Assembly: GCA_963811165.1 (NCBI GenBank)
Contig: CAWEQH010000008.1
Span: forward strand, 96,001-160,000
Direction of reading: 5' to 3'
DNA length: 64,000 bases
Source: an uncultured Nitrospiraceae bacterium
GTDB taxonomy: Bacteria > Nitrospirota > Thermodesulfovibrionia > Thermodesulfovibrionales > UBA6898
The stretch's first letter is position 1. Each line of letters starts with the position of its first letter. The notes under the pieces were generated by a model that was not told where the DNA came from, made no database searches, and was given only the letters and a program-made list of their open reading frames with translations. Shown here one piece after another: positions 35,068 to 45,746 of the stretch. The position numbers were made by a program, and so were the translations under genes.

Positions 35068-35793
35068 CTAGAACCTATATTCTGAATTTTTCGGATCAAA
35101 GTCTGCTTCGGTGAGTCCGGCATCAAGCTTTACCGCCTCATATCCATAACTCTCCAGAAGGGCGTCATCCCAATCATAGATGTGCACTCTGACAGGCAGT
35201 TTTGTCTCCACATCAAGGTTGATCAAGGCCCGATAACAGTAATAACTTCTCGCCTTATTTTTGGGAAAGATTATCTCAAGTCTTTTGGTGGTCCTTCCAT
35301 ATACTCTTTCTTCCCCCTGCTCTCTGAGGTCAATTTCGTGGGCCTTTACGCCTTTTTCCCAGTTTTCCCTTAGGAGTCTCACAAGGTGTTCAAGCCCGGA
35401 ATCCGTGACAGGATGGCGGTTGCCCTTCATAGCTAAAGCGCCTTTCGGATCAATGTTCACTGCCACTATCCCTGCAAGACCGGAATCGCGTACCTTGAGC
35501 AGATTGCCATTATATCCCTCAATATAGAGCGATTCTCGCCCTTTATGAGGCTCTTTCACCCATTTCAAATAGACCTCAAAAGGCTTCTTGAACTTAATGA
35601 AAATCGTTTCCTCGTCAGTTAGTTTCCCTTGGACCCGCTCCTGCTTATGGAAAAGTGCAGTGTAGCTCTCTGTTCTTGCCAGCGTCGACTCAGCATGTCT
35701 CAGCCAGTTTTCAATATCTGTCTTATCATAGGCTCCGGCCGCCGCAAAAGAAAATTCCAGAACGAGCACTAATAAGATGATGCGCTTCGTCAT
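35068..35793 (-). CDS. exported DUF1571-like protein
   Basis: signal peptide; YTALFHKQER, KPFEVYLKW, DFDPKNSEY. Confidence 0.7.
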   Translation of the reverse strand: MTKRIILLVLVLEFSFAAAGAYDKTDIENWLRHAESTLARTESYTALFHKQERVQGKLTDEETIFIKFKKPFEVYLKWVKEPHKGRESLYIEGYNGNLLKVRDSGLAGIVAVNIDPKGALAMKGNRHPVTDSGLEHLVRLLRENWEKGVKAHEIDLREQGEERVYGRTTKRLEIIFPKNKARSYYCYRALINLDVETKLPVRVHIYDWDDALLESYGYEAVKLDAGLTEADFDPKNSEYRF

Positions 35794-36122
35794 GACTTCC
35801 TAATTATATGCCATAAGCTCCCTATTATCCAGGGCATCTCTACTCACCGGGACGATTATGGCTAACTTACAGGACATGTCTTGATTGCAATAATTTCTGG
35901 GGTCACGCATAGTCGCTTCCGGTCAATTCAGCTCTTCGAGCGCGGATGATGATCCGCGGAACACTTCCTTCCTTCGCATCTTCCGGCTATGCTATATTGA
36001 TGTAAAGCCGAAAAACGGTCAATACTATCATTGATATCATGACGGATCCGGCAAAGCAGCCGCTCTTTCTACATTATGCTTCCATGATATCTGGCAAGAG
36101 TTAAACGAATTCATTAGGGACC

Positions 36123-37268
36123 ATGCGAAAAGTCCGGGAAAGTGAGGCGGCTATGATTGCAGATAAGGTGATGGTCCTTTCCGCAGCATCTGGAGCAGGC
36201 CACATTCGCGCTGCCGATGCTCTCGTTTCGGCCTTCGAAGTGAGGGGTGTCAGGGCGCATCACATCGAGGTCCTCAAATATACGAACGGCGTATTCAGGA
36301 GAATATATTCGGATCTTTATAAAGAGCTGGTTAATAAGCGCCCGGGGATACTCGGGTGGGTATACGACTCGATGGACCACCCCTGGAAATACCAAAAAAG
36401 ACGACTTGCCCTCGATATGCTGAGTTCCGGGCGACTTGTGAAACTCCTTCTTAAGAATAAACCCGAAATTGCTCTCTGTACCCATTTCCTTCCTGCCGAA
36501 ATCCTTGTCTATCTCAGGAAAAAAAAGATGATAGACGTCCCGATTGGGGTTGTTGTGACCGATATCGATGCCCACGCAATGTGGTTATACAAGGATATCA
36601 ACTGGTATTTTGTCGCATCCGAGGAAACAAAGGTATATATGTCTGCATTGGGCATCCCGGAAGAGACTATACATGTGACGGGCATTCCAATAGATCCGAC
36701 ATTCGGCGAAGAAAGGCAAAAGAGCGACGCGCGCCTTCAACTCGGAATCGATCCAAGTCTCACTACTCTACTTGTGTCGGCGGGAGGATTCGGAGTGGGG
36801 CCTATCGAAGCGCTCCTCCAAGCCCTTTTGAAAATTCAGCATCCCGTGCAGATCGCAGTCATATGCGGACGCAACCCGCAGCTTGAGCAGAGGTTGAAAA
36901 AGTTCGGACAGACTTCGCACCCCTTGAAGATCATCGGGTTCACTAATGAAATGGAAAAGTGGATGGCTGCCGCCGATCTCCTTGTCGGAAAGGCGGGAGG
37001 ACTGACAAGCGCTGAAGCATTGTCGCGCGGACTCGTCCTTGTAATAGTAAACCCAATACCCGGCCAGGAGGAACGAAACACCGATCACTTCCTGGAGGAA
37101 GGGGTCGCGATCAGGTGCAATAATATCCCTGCGCTCGCCTTTAAGATCGATAGCCTCCTTTCGAATAAAGAGCGCTTTTCGAGGATGCAGCAGTCAGTGA
37201 AGCGCCTTGCAAGACCGCACGCGGCACGTGATATCGCCTCCATCGTTCTTGAGGGAAAGTCGACGTGA
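36123..37268 (+). CDS. MGDG synthase / diacylglycerol glycosyltransferase (GT28)
   Basis: GAGHIRAA, THFLP, TGIPI, KAGGLT, PGQEERN. Confidence 0.88.
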   Translation: MRKVRESEAAMIADKVMVLSAASGAGHIRAADALVSAFEVRGVRAHHIEVLKYTNGVFRRIYSDLYKELVNKRPGILGWVYDSMDHPWKYQKRRLALDMLSSGRLVKLLLKNKPEIALCTHFLPAEILVYLRKKKMIDVPIGVVVTDIDAHAMWLYKDINWYFVASEETKVYMSALGIPEETIHVTGIPIDPTFGEERQKSDARLQLGIDPSLTTLLVSAGGFGVGPIEALLQALLKIQHPVQIAVICGRNPQLEQRLKKFGQTSHPLKIIGFTNEMEKWMAAADLLVGKAGGLTSAEALSRGLVLVIVNPIPGQEERNTDHFLEEGVAIRCNNIPALAFKIDSLLSNKERFSRMQQSVKRLARPHAARDIASIVLEGKST

Positions 37269-37453
37269 AGAGAAGAGAACATTCAAAAGGTGGGCTTCGC
37301 GATCCCCGTTGTTGTGCAAGATTATGATTATTCAGGACAGAAGGGAGGCAGCGGGCTTTTTCAATATCATAGCAAGATGAATTGCTGGAAGGAGGAACGA
37401 TAAACAACCCTCCCTACTGGCTATTTTTTGTAGAAAACAAATATGATAAGAAT

Positions 37454-38915
37454 ATGGATTATAGTGTTTGCGGAAGGAAGACCCCGATTCTGTGCTGCCT
37501 GGAAAGAATCGTCTGCACTGCGGAATTGCAAAAGAGGCCCCGGACTGCGCTGCTGGTTCTGGTGATCCTGCTTTTGCCGGCCATTGTTTCGGCCCACGAC
37601 AATATCGAGGTCCATCCCTACATTGTCGAACAGGCCTTTTTTCTATGGCCGAACGATGACGGATCACGAAATATACAGGTACTTGGGTTACGGATACAGG
37701 GATAAGTCGGGGCAGGATTTCTGGACGGTCATTCCTGCCTGCCAAAACGCAATGAGCGGCAGCAGCATTACCGAGGGCGCAAAGGAGGAGGACGACTATG
37801 ACCCGATCGACAACGTCTGCAATGTAGATATCAAGCATCTTGATCAGATCGGCAAAGGCTATTATCATCATTTCTACGACCCTGATATCCCAGGTACATA
37901 TAACGGGCTCATGAATGACCCCGGGGCTGTTTATTTCGCCCGCCAATATTGGGAGACGGCCAAAGCCCTCTATCAGAACGAGGGTACAAGGCCCACCGCG
38001 TATTGGTACCTGGGGAGGATAGCCCATCTTCTGGGTGATTCATCGGTTCCGGCTCATGTACACAGAGATATCCATATACCGCTTATCGATCCCGATTCGT
38101 TTGAAACATACGTGCTGTCACACTATACATTATGGGGGAGTGCAAACGCCCAATCGCTCGACGAGATCGACCCTGTGCCGTCGGACTGGAAACTGGAAGA
38201 CCTCTTCTTTAATCTGGCCGAGCGCACGCAGTTCTTCCCGAGCGACCATATAAGTGGCAATGTTTCAAATGCCGACCCTGAATGGTTCCTCGGATGGCCG
38301 GATCCGGCCGGATGGAATATTATATCGACAAAGAGCTATATCCCCGATGATAAGCTTAAGGTCATGGGCGATAAACTTATGCCGCTCGTGATTCAATATA
38401 CCGCAGCCCTTTACCGCCTTTTTTGGTACGAAGTACATCCCGAAGACAGGCCCTTGATGCCTGCCCCGGCCGGACAGGAGATATTCAGCTATGCTCCGAC
38501 GGTTTCTCCGGTTGTAGACGGGACAGCTTCACATGCGAAGCCAGTAGGACTTGGATCCATAGCCAAGGGGGGCGATACCCTTACGCTCAAGATTTCCCTT
38601 CCTGAGTTCGCGACGCCGGTTGACATATATTTTGGATACTATGCACCTTCGACAGACCGCAACAATATTTATGTGTTGACATCGAGTAATTCCTTTGTCC
38701 GCATCTCAGTTTTGGATCCGCTCAATGAACGACTGTTGTCATGGAAAAGCAATATCTCCAGCCCAGTTAATGAGTCACCACTTGGGAATATATCAATCTC
38801 CTCTCTTCCTCCTGGCACATATACGGCTTATCTACTAGTGGCTCCTGCTGGCAGCCTTGATAGTTATTATCTGTGGAGCACAAGTTTAGAAGTGACATCG
38901 CCAATGAAACCCTGA
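37454..38915 (+). CDS. secreted Zn-dependent phospholipase C / P1 nuclease-fold protein (frameshift near 37655)
   Basis: signal peptide ...AIVSA/HDNIEVH in one frame; HHFYDP, LGRIAHLLGDSSVPAH, DSFE in the next; start uncertain. Confidence 0.7.
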
Positions 38916-39192
38916 CAGGCAAAAAGATGAGAAGAAGTGCTCGTTTTTTTACCTTCATATTTTTTCGATGGACTTTTATTCAGGTTATAATCTTGATGGA
39001 GGTTCAGTTTTCTGAAAGTAAGGACTTGTCGGCGTTAACAGCACCGATCCATAAAAATGGCTGTCTGCTTCTTTTTGATAGGCTGTCGCTGAAGGTCCCT
39101 ATGAGAAGTCGTTTCGCAGACAACTCATCACTGAAAGTGCAGGCTTCGGCACGTTCTCACTCACGTAATATGGTTGGCAGATTAATAGAATT

Positions 39193-39225
39193 AAAAGGCG
39201 GGGTCGGAAGACAGACCCGCCTTTT
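39193..39225. terminator. bidirectional intrinsic terminator
   Basis: AAAAGGCGGGGTC...GACCCGCCTTTT. Confidence 0.8.
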
Positions 39226-39257
39226 CGAGTCCACAAATCGACACATTACTTGAATGG

Positions 39258-40319
39258 CTAGAATAGACTGAACTTAAAATACTTCCGCGGGTGCTCCTTA
39301 ATGGTTATCATCAAATTTTTGAGTTCAGCTACGGTCTCTTTTACCTCTTTGGCCAGTTCCTTGTCCCCGACAAGTGCCCCGGCAGCTCCTTCGCCCTTAT
39401 CGATCTTCTCAAGAATCGAGGAGATGTGCAGGGAGGTCGTGTTGAGGTTATCATAGAGCGCAGGGTCTTCTATAAGTTTGCTTACTGTACCCGAAGAGTT
39501 GCTCAGCTTATTGGTGAACGTTTCAAGCGATGACGTCGCCCCTACAAGTCGGTTATAGAGGAGGTCATCTTCTACCAGTTTATTCAGCGTTCCGGACCCG
39601 TTCTCAAGTTTTTTGCTGAAGACTTCAAGAGACTTCGAAGTACTTGAAAGCCTCTCATAAAGCGAAGGGTCCTTCACGAGCATACCGATGGTCCCCCGCC
39701 CTTCCCCGATGTCCTTTGCAATGAGGGCGAGATACTTCGATGATTCCCTAAGGTTGTCGTAAAGGGAAGGGTCTTCAAGAAATTTGGAGAGGGTCCCCCT
39801 GCTTTTTTCAAGCCTTTCCGCGAGTCTTCCCATTTTTTCTATGAAGTCGTTAATCTTTTGCACCGACTCGCCGCTTGCCGCCATGACGTCCTTGAGGTCT
39901 ATCTGAGAGGTCCCGCGGATCATCTCCCCCGCCTCAAGAGGCGGAGACTTCGATGTCCCCGGATTCAGCTCGACGTATTTGTCACCCAGCATACCCATTG
40001 TTAAAACGCTCGCCGTTGCATCCTTCTTCAGAAAACCGAGTACTCTTTTGTATACGGAAATAGTCACGACCGTCCCGTACTTCGCATCGAGACTGATGTC
40101 TTCCACGGACCCTTCCTCAATACCGTAGACCCAGACCGGGGCGCCTTTTTTCAGTCCCTTCACGTCTGATACGGCGGCCTTTATTGCGACCTTTGGGTAG
40201 ATAACCCGTTCGATGCTCCCGGCAAAAAATACACTGAGGAAAAGGATCCCAAGGGCAAGGGTTATTATTATTCCGGTCTTTATCTGAGCCCACTGTACCT
40301 GTTTTTTTAAATCAAACAT
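39258..40319 (-). CDS. mlaD: MCE/MlaD family protein with helical repeats
   Basis: N-terminal TM, GLKKGAPV, GMLGDKYVEL, terminal HPRKY. Confidence 0.85.
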   Translation of the reverse strand: MFDLKKQVQWAQIKTGIIITLALGILFLSVFFAGSIERVIYPKVAIKAAVSDVKGLKKGAPVWVYGIEEGSVEDISLDAKYGTVVTISVYKRVLGFLKKDATASVLTMGMLGDKYVELNPGTSKSPPLEAGEMIRGTSQIDLKDVMAASGESVQKINDFIEKMGRLAERLEKSRGTLSKFLEDPSLYDNLRESSKYLALIAKDIGEGRGTIGMLVKDPSLYERLSSTSKSLEVFSKKLENGSGTLNKLVEDDLLYNRLVGATSSLETFTNKLSNSSGTVSKLIEDPALYDNLNTTSLHISSILEKIDKGEGAAGALVGDKELAKEVKETVAELKNLMITIKEHPRKYFKFSLF

Positions 40320-40340
40320 ACCTTCCTCCTCTGGTCTGTG

Positions 40341-41081
40341 TCATTTTGCACCCCGATGAGACATGTCACTGATAAAGAACTTTATGTCAGGGGTATCCGC
40401 ATTAAAGAGCCCATCCCGGTCGCCGTCAAACAGCAGCTCGCCGTTTTTCAAAAACATGAACCTGTCCGCTACCTTAATTGCGTCGCTGACCTTATGGGTC
40501 ACCATGATGAACCCTTTCCCGTCTTTTGACAGGTCCGCGATCAATCTGCATATGTTGTCGGCATTCACCGGATCGAGCCCCGTGGTAGGTTCGTCGTAAA
40601 GAAACATCTTGGGTGTGGTCAGGGCGAGCGACCTGGCGAGGGAGACCCTCCGGTGCATGCCGCCGCTCAGTTCCTCAGGCATGAGTTCCAACGCGTACTC
40701 CACGCCCACAGTACCCAGGATGAGCCTCACCTTCGCATCGATCTCTTCCTCTGACATCTTGGTATACTCCCGAAGACAGTATGCGACATTTTCCTTTACG
40801 TTTAAGGAATCGAAAAGGGCGCCCTCCTGGAACACGATATTGAACTTCATCCTTACATTACGGAGTTCGCTTTCCCGCTTGATGGTGATGTCCTCGCCGT
40901 CGACGAATATCTTTCCCGCATCGGGCCTTATGAGTCCCAGGATGAGTCTGAGTATCGTCGTCTTCCCTTCCCCGCTTCCCCCCAAGATAGCAACACGCTC
41001 CTGAAAACCTACCGAAAAATTGGTCCCCCTAAGGATCTCCCTGGAATTATATGAAAAATGGACCTTGTCGAATATGATCAT
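40341..41081 (-). CDS. mlaF: MlaF-type ABC ATPase
   Basis: GGSGEGKTT, FQEGALFDSL, LSGGM, YDEPTTGLDP. Confidence 0.85.
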   Translation of the reverse strand: MIIFDKVHFSYNSREILRGTNFSVGFQERVAILGGSGEGKTTILRLILGLIRPDAGKIFVDGEDITIKRESELRNVRMKFNIVFQEGALFDSLNVKENVAYCLREYTKMSEEEIDAKVRLILGTVGVEYALELMPEELSGGMHRRVSLARSLALTTPKMFLYDEPTTGLDPVNADNICRLIADLSKDGKGFIMVTHKVSDAIKVADRFMFLKNGELLFDGDRDGLFNADTPDIKFFISDMSHRGAK

Positions 41082-41842
41082 ACCGAAAACCCCAATAGGT
41101 AGAGCAACAGCCTCGTAAGCAGGAAGTCTGAGACGATGATCATCACGATCGACATCACCACGGCCTTGGTCGTCGACTGTCTCAGTCCAATCGCGCCTCC
41201 CTTTGTGGAAAGCCCTGTGTAGCAGCAGATGCATGAAATGAGGTATCCAAAGACAAAGGGTTTGATTGCACCGGCAAGCACGTTTTCGACAGTCAGAATA
41301 TTACGTATCGAACTCCAGTAGAACGAGCCGCTCTGATGGCTTACAAACACGGCAATGTAATAACCGCCGAGCAAGGAGACGGCCACGCCGATAATCGTCA
41401 GCGCCGGCAGCATGATCAGGGAGCTTATGATCCTTGGGGTCACCAATTTTTTTATCGGATCGAATCCGAAGACGCGTATCATGTCGACCTGGTGCCCCAG
41501 GACCATGGATCCCAGCTCCGAGGCCATTCCTGCCCCAACGCGGCCGGTGAACACAAGGGCGGTCACTACCGGACCAAGTTCCCTCACTACGGAAATACCG
41601 ACGATCATGCCTATGTACATCTTAAGCCCCAGACTCGATAGTTCCGCGGAAAGCTGAAGAGAAAGTGCCATGCCCACAAAGAGGTCGACGATAAAGACGA
41701 TTACCAGAGAGCCCGCACCCGCATAGTCCATCTGCAAGACCGTGTCTTTGAAATATAAGGGCCTGCGGAAGATTCCCAAAAGTCCCCGTAAGGACAGGGA
41801 ATAGAAATCCTGGAGGTCTCGTATCGTTTCTTTTATATTCAT
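41078..41842 (-). CDS. mlaE: MlaE-type ABC permease
   Basis: RELGPVVTAL..GRVGAGMASELG, STTKAVV. Confidence 0.88.
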   Translation of the reverse strand: MNIKETIRDLQDFYSLSLRGLLGIFRRPLYFKDTVLQMDYAGAGSLVIVFIVDLFVGMALSLQLSAELSSLGLKMYIGMIVGISVVRELGPVVTALVFTGRVGAGMASELGSMVLGHQVDMIRVFGFDPIKKLVTPRIISSLIMLPALTIIGVAVSLLGGYYIAVFVSHQSGSFYWSSIRNILTVENVLAGAIKPFVFGYLISCICCYTGLSTKGGAIGLRQSTTKAVVMSIVMIIVSDFLLTRLLLYLLGFSV

Positions 41843-41851
41843 TGTGTCATT

Positions 41852-42820
41852 TTAATAGGGGTTCCACAGATGGCAGGAAACAAGCCGTCCGTGGCTCTCC
41901 TCAAACGCAGGAACGATCCTGCCGCAGGGCTCGAATCTCTTGGGGCATCTGGGATGGAAAGGGCATCCCGGGGGTATATGTATCGGACTCGGCACCTCGC
42001 CTTGGAGCGTTACCCGTTCAGTTTTTCCTGCGTCTTTCGGCCTTATCTTTGGGGCCGAGGCAAGAAGTACTTCGCTGTACGGATGGAACGGTTTATCGAA
42101 GAGCTCTTCTGTGTTCGCCTGTTCCACTATCTTTCCGAGGTACATAACGCCGACCTCATCGCTGAAATACTGAACTACCCTGAGATCATGGCTGATGAAA
42201 AGGAAAGATATTTTTGTCTTCTTTTTGAGCTCGGTAAGGAGGTTGATTATCTGCGCCTGTATGGAGACGTCCAGGGCCGAAAGCGGCTCATCCGCCACGA
42301 TTATCTCGGGAGACACGGCAAGTGCCCGCGCGATGCATATCCTCTGCCGCTGTCCGCCGCTGAACTCATGGGGGTATCGGTCAAGGGTCTCCGGTCCGAG
42401 TCCGACCTGCCCGATGATCTCGACGACTGCATCCCTCATCTTCGGCCGGGCGACAAGCCGATGTATTATGAGCGGCTCCGATATCGTATCGTATACCGTT
42501 CTTCTTGGATTCAAAGAAGCGAAAGGGTCCTGGAAAATGATCTGGACCGATTTTCTAAAGACCCTCATTTCAGGCCCTTTCAAGGTGAAGATGTTTTGCC
42601 CTTTGAACAGGACAGAGCCGGATGACGGTTCCAAAAGCCTCAGCACCAGCCTTGCGACGGTGGATTTTCCGCATCCGCTCTCCCCAACGAGGGCGAAAAT
42701 ACCGTCTTTGCGGATCGAAAAATCTACCCCGTCCACGGCCTTCAGAATGCCTCGGTCCGATGCGAACGCCTTCCTGACCTCGAAATACTTCGTTAGAGAT
42801 TCGGTCCTGAGAAGTTCCAT
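41852..42820 (-). CDS. oligopeptide ABC ATPase (OppF/AppF type)
   Basis: [34 protein letters not shown]. Confidence 0.92.
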   Translation of the reverse strand: MELLRTESLTKYFEVRKAFASDRGILKAVDGVDFSIRKDGIFALVGESGCGKSTVARLVLRLLEPSSGSVLFKGQNIFTLKGPEMRVFRKSVQIIFQDPFASLNPRRTVYDTISEPLIIHRLVARPKMRDAVVEIIGQVGLGPETLDRYPHEFSGGQRQRICIARALAVSPEIIVADEPLSALDVSIQAQIINLLTELKKKTKISFLFISHDLRVVQYFSDEVGVMYLGKIVEQANTEELFDKPFHPYSEVLLASAPKIRPKDAGKTERVTLQGEVPSPIHIPPGCPFHPRCPKRFEPCGRIVPAFEESHGRLVSCHLWNPY

Positions 42821-42845
42821 GCTTTTCCTGTGAGAGTAGTATTTT

Positions 42846-43793
42846 TCATGTCAGACCGCACCGCACAAAATGTCCCGCTGAAATCTCGACAAAAGGGGGT
42901 TCCCCCTTTTCGCAGGGGCCGGCGGCCTTCGGACATCTGGCCGCGTATCTGCAACCCTCGGGAAAATCCTCCGGGACCGGGACATTCCCGGAGATGGGCT
43001 TTAGCGGTATCCCCTTGCCCTTTGGTACGGACTCCAAGAGGCCTATGGTATAGGGGTGACGGGGATTGCCGAATATCTCGACGGTGTCGGCGAACTCCAC
43101 GAGTTTGCCCGCGTACATGATGGCGACCCGCGATGCGTTTTCCGCGATGACGCCGAGGTCGTGCGTGATGAAAAGGATCGACATCTTGTGTTCTTCCCTG
43201 AGCCTCTGTATGAGTTCCAGTATCTGTGCCTGGATGGTCACATCGAGTGCGGTCGTGGGCTCGTCCGCGATAAGAAGCGAGGGGTTGCATGCGATCGCCA
43301 TGGCGATCATGACACGCTGCCTCATTCCTCCGGACATCTGATGCGGGTATTCCTTTATCCTGACCTCCGCAGAAGGGATCTTTACCGAGCGGAGAAGTTC
43401 CACCGCCCTGTCGAGCGCATCTCTCATCGACATGCCGCGATGGGTGACGAGGACTTCTGCGATCTGATACCCTATGGTCAGGACCGGGTTTAGGGACGTC
43501 ATCGGCTCCTGAAATACCATGGACATCTCATTTCCCCTCAGGCGTCTCTTGGATTCCTCATCGAGCATAAGAAGGTCTTTCCCTTTGAAAAATATCTGCC
43601 CCTTTGCAAAGGCGTTCCGCGGGAGTATCCCCATGATCGAAAGCGCGGTGATGCTCTTGCCGCACCCGCTTTCACCGGCGAGACCGAATATTTCCGATTC
43701 TCCGATGGAGAAATTCAGACCCGATACGACCTCTACAGGGGTGGATGCAGACCTGAAATAAATATGGAGATCCCTCAGCTCAAGAAGGGACAC
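42846..43793 (-). CDS. oligopeptide ABC ATPase (OppD/AppD type)
   Basis: [39 protein letters not shown]. Confidence 0.92.
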   Translation of the reverse strand: MSLLELRDLHIYFRSASTPVEVVSGLNFSIGESEIFGLAGESGCGKSITALSIMGILPRNAFAKGQIFFKGKDLLMLDEESKRRLRGNEMSMVFQEPMTSLNPVLTIGYQIAEVLVTHRGMSMRDALDRAVELLRSVKIPSAEVRIKEYPHQMSGGMRQRVMIAMAIACNPSLLIADEPTTALDVTIQAQILELIQRLREEHKMSILFITHDLGVIAENASRVAIMYAGKLVEFADTVEIFGNPRHPYTIGLLESVPKGKGIPLKPISGNVPVPEDFPEGCRYAARCPKAAGPCEKGEPPFVEISAGHFVRCGLT

Positions 43794-43796
43794 TTT

Positions 43797-44504
43797 TTAC
43801 TGTTTATCCTCTTTTTTGAGGAGCCTCAGGTAGTTTTCCGCTTCTTTGAGTCCGGGGTTGTCCTGGAGGGCCTTTTCCCATTCTTCGAAGGCCGATCCCG
43901 TGAGTCCCTGCATATAGTAAGTCAGGCCCAGCTGGACCCACGCAGGGCCGTACTTCGGGTTGATCCTCTTTGCATCTGAGAAATGGACGATCGCCTCTTC
44001 AATGAGCCCTTTGTTTCTGAGCGCGATCCCCATCTTGGTATGTACGTCGGCAAGTTTCGGATGCAGCTTCACCGCCTTTTTGTATTCTTCAATCGCCTCG
44101 TCGTTCATGTTGAACTCGAGGTAAGTATTGCCCAGTTTATAATGCTCGTTGGCAAGTTTCCCCGCGATGTAAGGATCAAGGGCGTTGGGGTCAGGGGAGG
44201 CTATCTGGGCCGCCATCGTGAAGACCTCCTGCGCCTTTTTGAATTCGCCGAGGTCATTATACGTAATGGCGAGGTTTAGCGATGCCTCGGTGTAGCGGGG
44301 ATTGATCTCAAGGGCCTTCTCGAAATGTGCGGAGGCCTTTCTGAGTTCCCCCTTCATGCTGCATATTATCCCCATCTTGTTATGGACATCCGCATATCCG
44401 GGGTTAAGGACGATCACCTCCCGCAAAAGCGGCTCAGCCTCATTGAGGTTGCCCTCATCGAAAAGTTTCGTGCCGAGTTCGTAAAGCTCCTGTACCGTTG
44501 ACAT
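43797..44504 (-). CDS. tetratricopeptide repeat protein
   Basis: repeated A..NP.YADxH..LG TPR pattern. Confidence 0.88.
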   Translation of the reverse strand: MSTVQELYELGTKLFDEGNLNEAEPLLREVIVLNPGYADVHNKMGIICSMKGELRKASAHFEKALEINPRYTEASLNLAITYNDLGEFKKAQEVFTMAAQIASPDPNALDPYIAGKLANEHYKLGNTYLEFNMNDEAIEEYKKAVKLHPKLADVHTKMGIALRNKGLIEEAIVHFSDAKRINPKYGPAWVQLGLTYYMQGLTGSAFEEWEKALQDNPGLKEAENYLRLLKKEDKQ

Positions 44505-44558
44505 ACGTATTTACTATAGGGATTTAAAGGAAAAATTGTCAAGAAATGAAGTGGCCAG

Positions 44559-44975
44559 CTAAGGCTTAACGGTCTTAAGACGAAAATTTCTGTCTGTGAA
44601 TTCGTCGGTTTTCTTGATAAGGAGCCAGTCCTTGTCTTTGCCGGACATCCTGGCGAGGACGAAGATGCCCTTAAGTTTTTTCCCCCTGAAGAGTACTTCC
44701 AGTTTTCCCGATGCGATGCTTCCTCCCAATAGGTCGTACCCGCCCTTGTCCCATATGAACACCTCCCCGGCGCCGTAATTACCCTCCGGGATCGTACCTT
44801 CGAAGCCTGCATAGTCGAGTGGATGGTCGTCGACCATTACGGCCAGCCTCTTGTCGGCGGGATTCATCGAAGGGCCCTTGGGGACGGCCCATGATTTCAG
44901 TACGCCGGCCATCTCGAGTCTCAGGTCGAAGTGGAGCCTCTTTGCATGGTGCTCGTGTACGACGAAGACAGACAT
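44559..44975 (-). CDS. stand-alone LigD 3'-phosphoesterase domain protein
   Basis: FVVHEHHAKRLHFDLRLE, LKSWAVPKGPS, DDHPLDY. Confidence 0.88.
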   Translation of the reverse strand: MSVFVVHEHHAKRLHFDLRLEMAGVLKSWAVPKGPSMNPADKRLAVMVDDHPLDYAGFEGTIPEGNYGAGEVFIWDKGGYDLLGGSIASGKLEVLFRGKKLKGIFVLARMSGKDKDWLLIKKTDEFTDRNFRLKTVKP

Positions 44976-45008
44976 ATTCACCTCATGCGCCTATCACGTG
45001 ATCGCCTC

Positions 45009-45734
45009 TCAGTCTTCTCTCTTTATCTTTACGGCGAGAAGCGTCGTCATTCCCGCTAAGAAAAGTATACCACCTACAAGCGCCCATAAAGCGCCTGGGT
45101 CCCTGCTTACTTCTATAAGCGCTACCGGATAAGGTTGAAACCTCACGGTTTTTATATAAATGCCGAATCCACCTTGGAAAGAGGGGCTGTTTGGCCTTAT
45201 GATATCACGTTTGAATCTGGTCCCTTCCCTCAAATAACTTATCCCGGCGGACCAGTCGATGATATCTCCAGAGGAATCGGCATCCGCTTTTATCTCCTCA
45301 AAGAGTACGGATATGCCGTTTGCAAGCGGGACGACGGTCCCGTTGGCTACGAAGCCGGTCTCCCTGGAACTTCCGTAGGAACTCAGGAGGTGGGCGAGCA
45401 AGACGAAGAGGAACCCGATATGGATTACCTGCGGAGAGAGAACGAGCAGCAGGTTTTTCGCCCCCCTCTTTTTAAAAACGGATTCAATGCTGCAAAGAAG
45501 CGTGTTGGCCGTAAGAAGCGAGAGTGCCACTACCGAAGCCCACAACCACCATACGACGCCCAAAGAGTTTTCCGTCATCCATTTAAAAAGCGGCATTACG
45601 TGCAATGTCTGAAATTCCTCCTTCAAAGGCATCATAAACGAACCATAAAGAAGGATACACAAAAGCGTAAGAAGCAGCCATAGGCCGGTCCTTAAGGAGA
45701 GGAAAAAGTCGAGAGTTTTCTTTGCTATGTTCAT
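45009..45734 (-). CDS. ResB/Ccs1-like cytochrome c biogenesis protein
   Basis: FFLSLR, NTLLCS, IHIGF, SRDPG; adjacent to ccsA. Confidence 0.72.
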   Translation of the reverse strand: MNIAKKTLDFFLSLRTGLWLLLTLLCILLYGSFMMPLKEEFQTLHVMPLFKWMTENSLGVVWWLWASVVALSLLTANTLLCSIESVFKKRGAKNLLLVLSPQVIHIGFLFVLLAHLLSSYGSSRETGFVANGTVVPLANGISVLFEEIKADADSSGDIIDWSAGISYLREGTRFKRDIIRPNSPSFQGGFGIYIKTVRFQPYPVALIEVSRDPGALWALVGGILFLAGMTTLLAVKIKRED

Positions 45735-45746
45735 TGTTGTCCGCCT

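Noticed and set aside
38873..39253. 126-aa ORF between the PLC-like gene and mlaD
   Set aside because: Overlaps the upstream gene and two terminator-like hairpins; no recognisable protein features.
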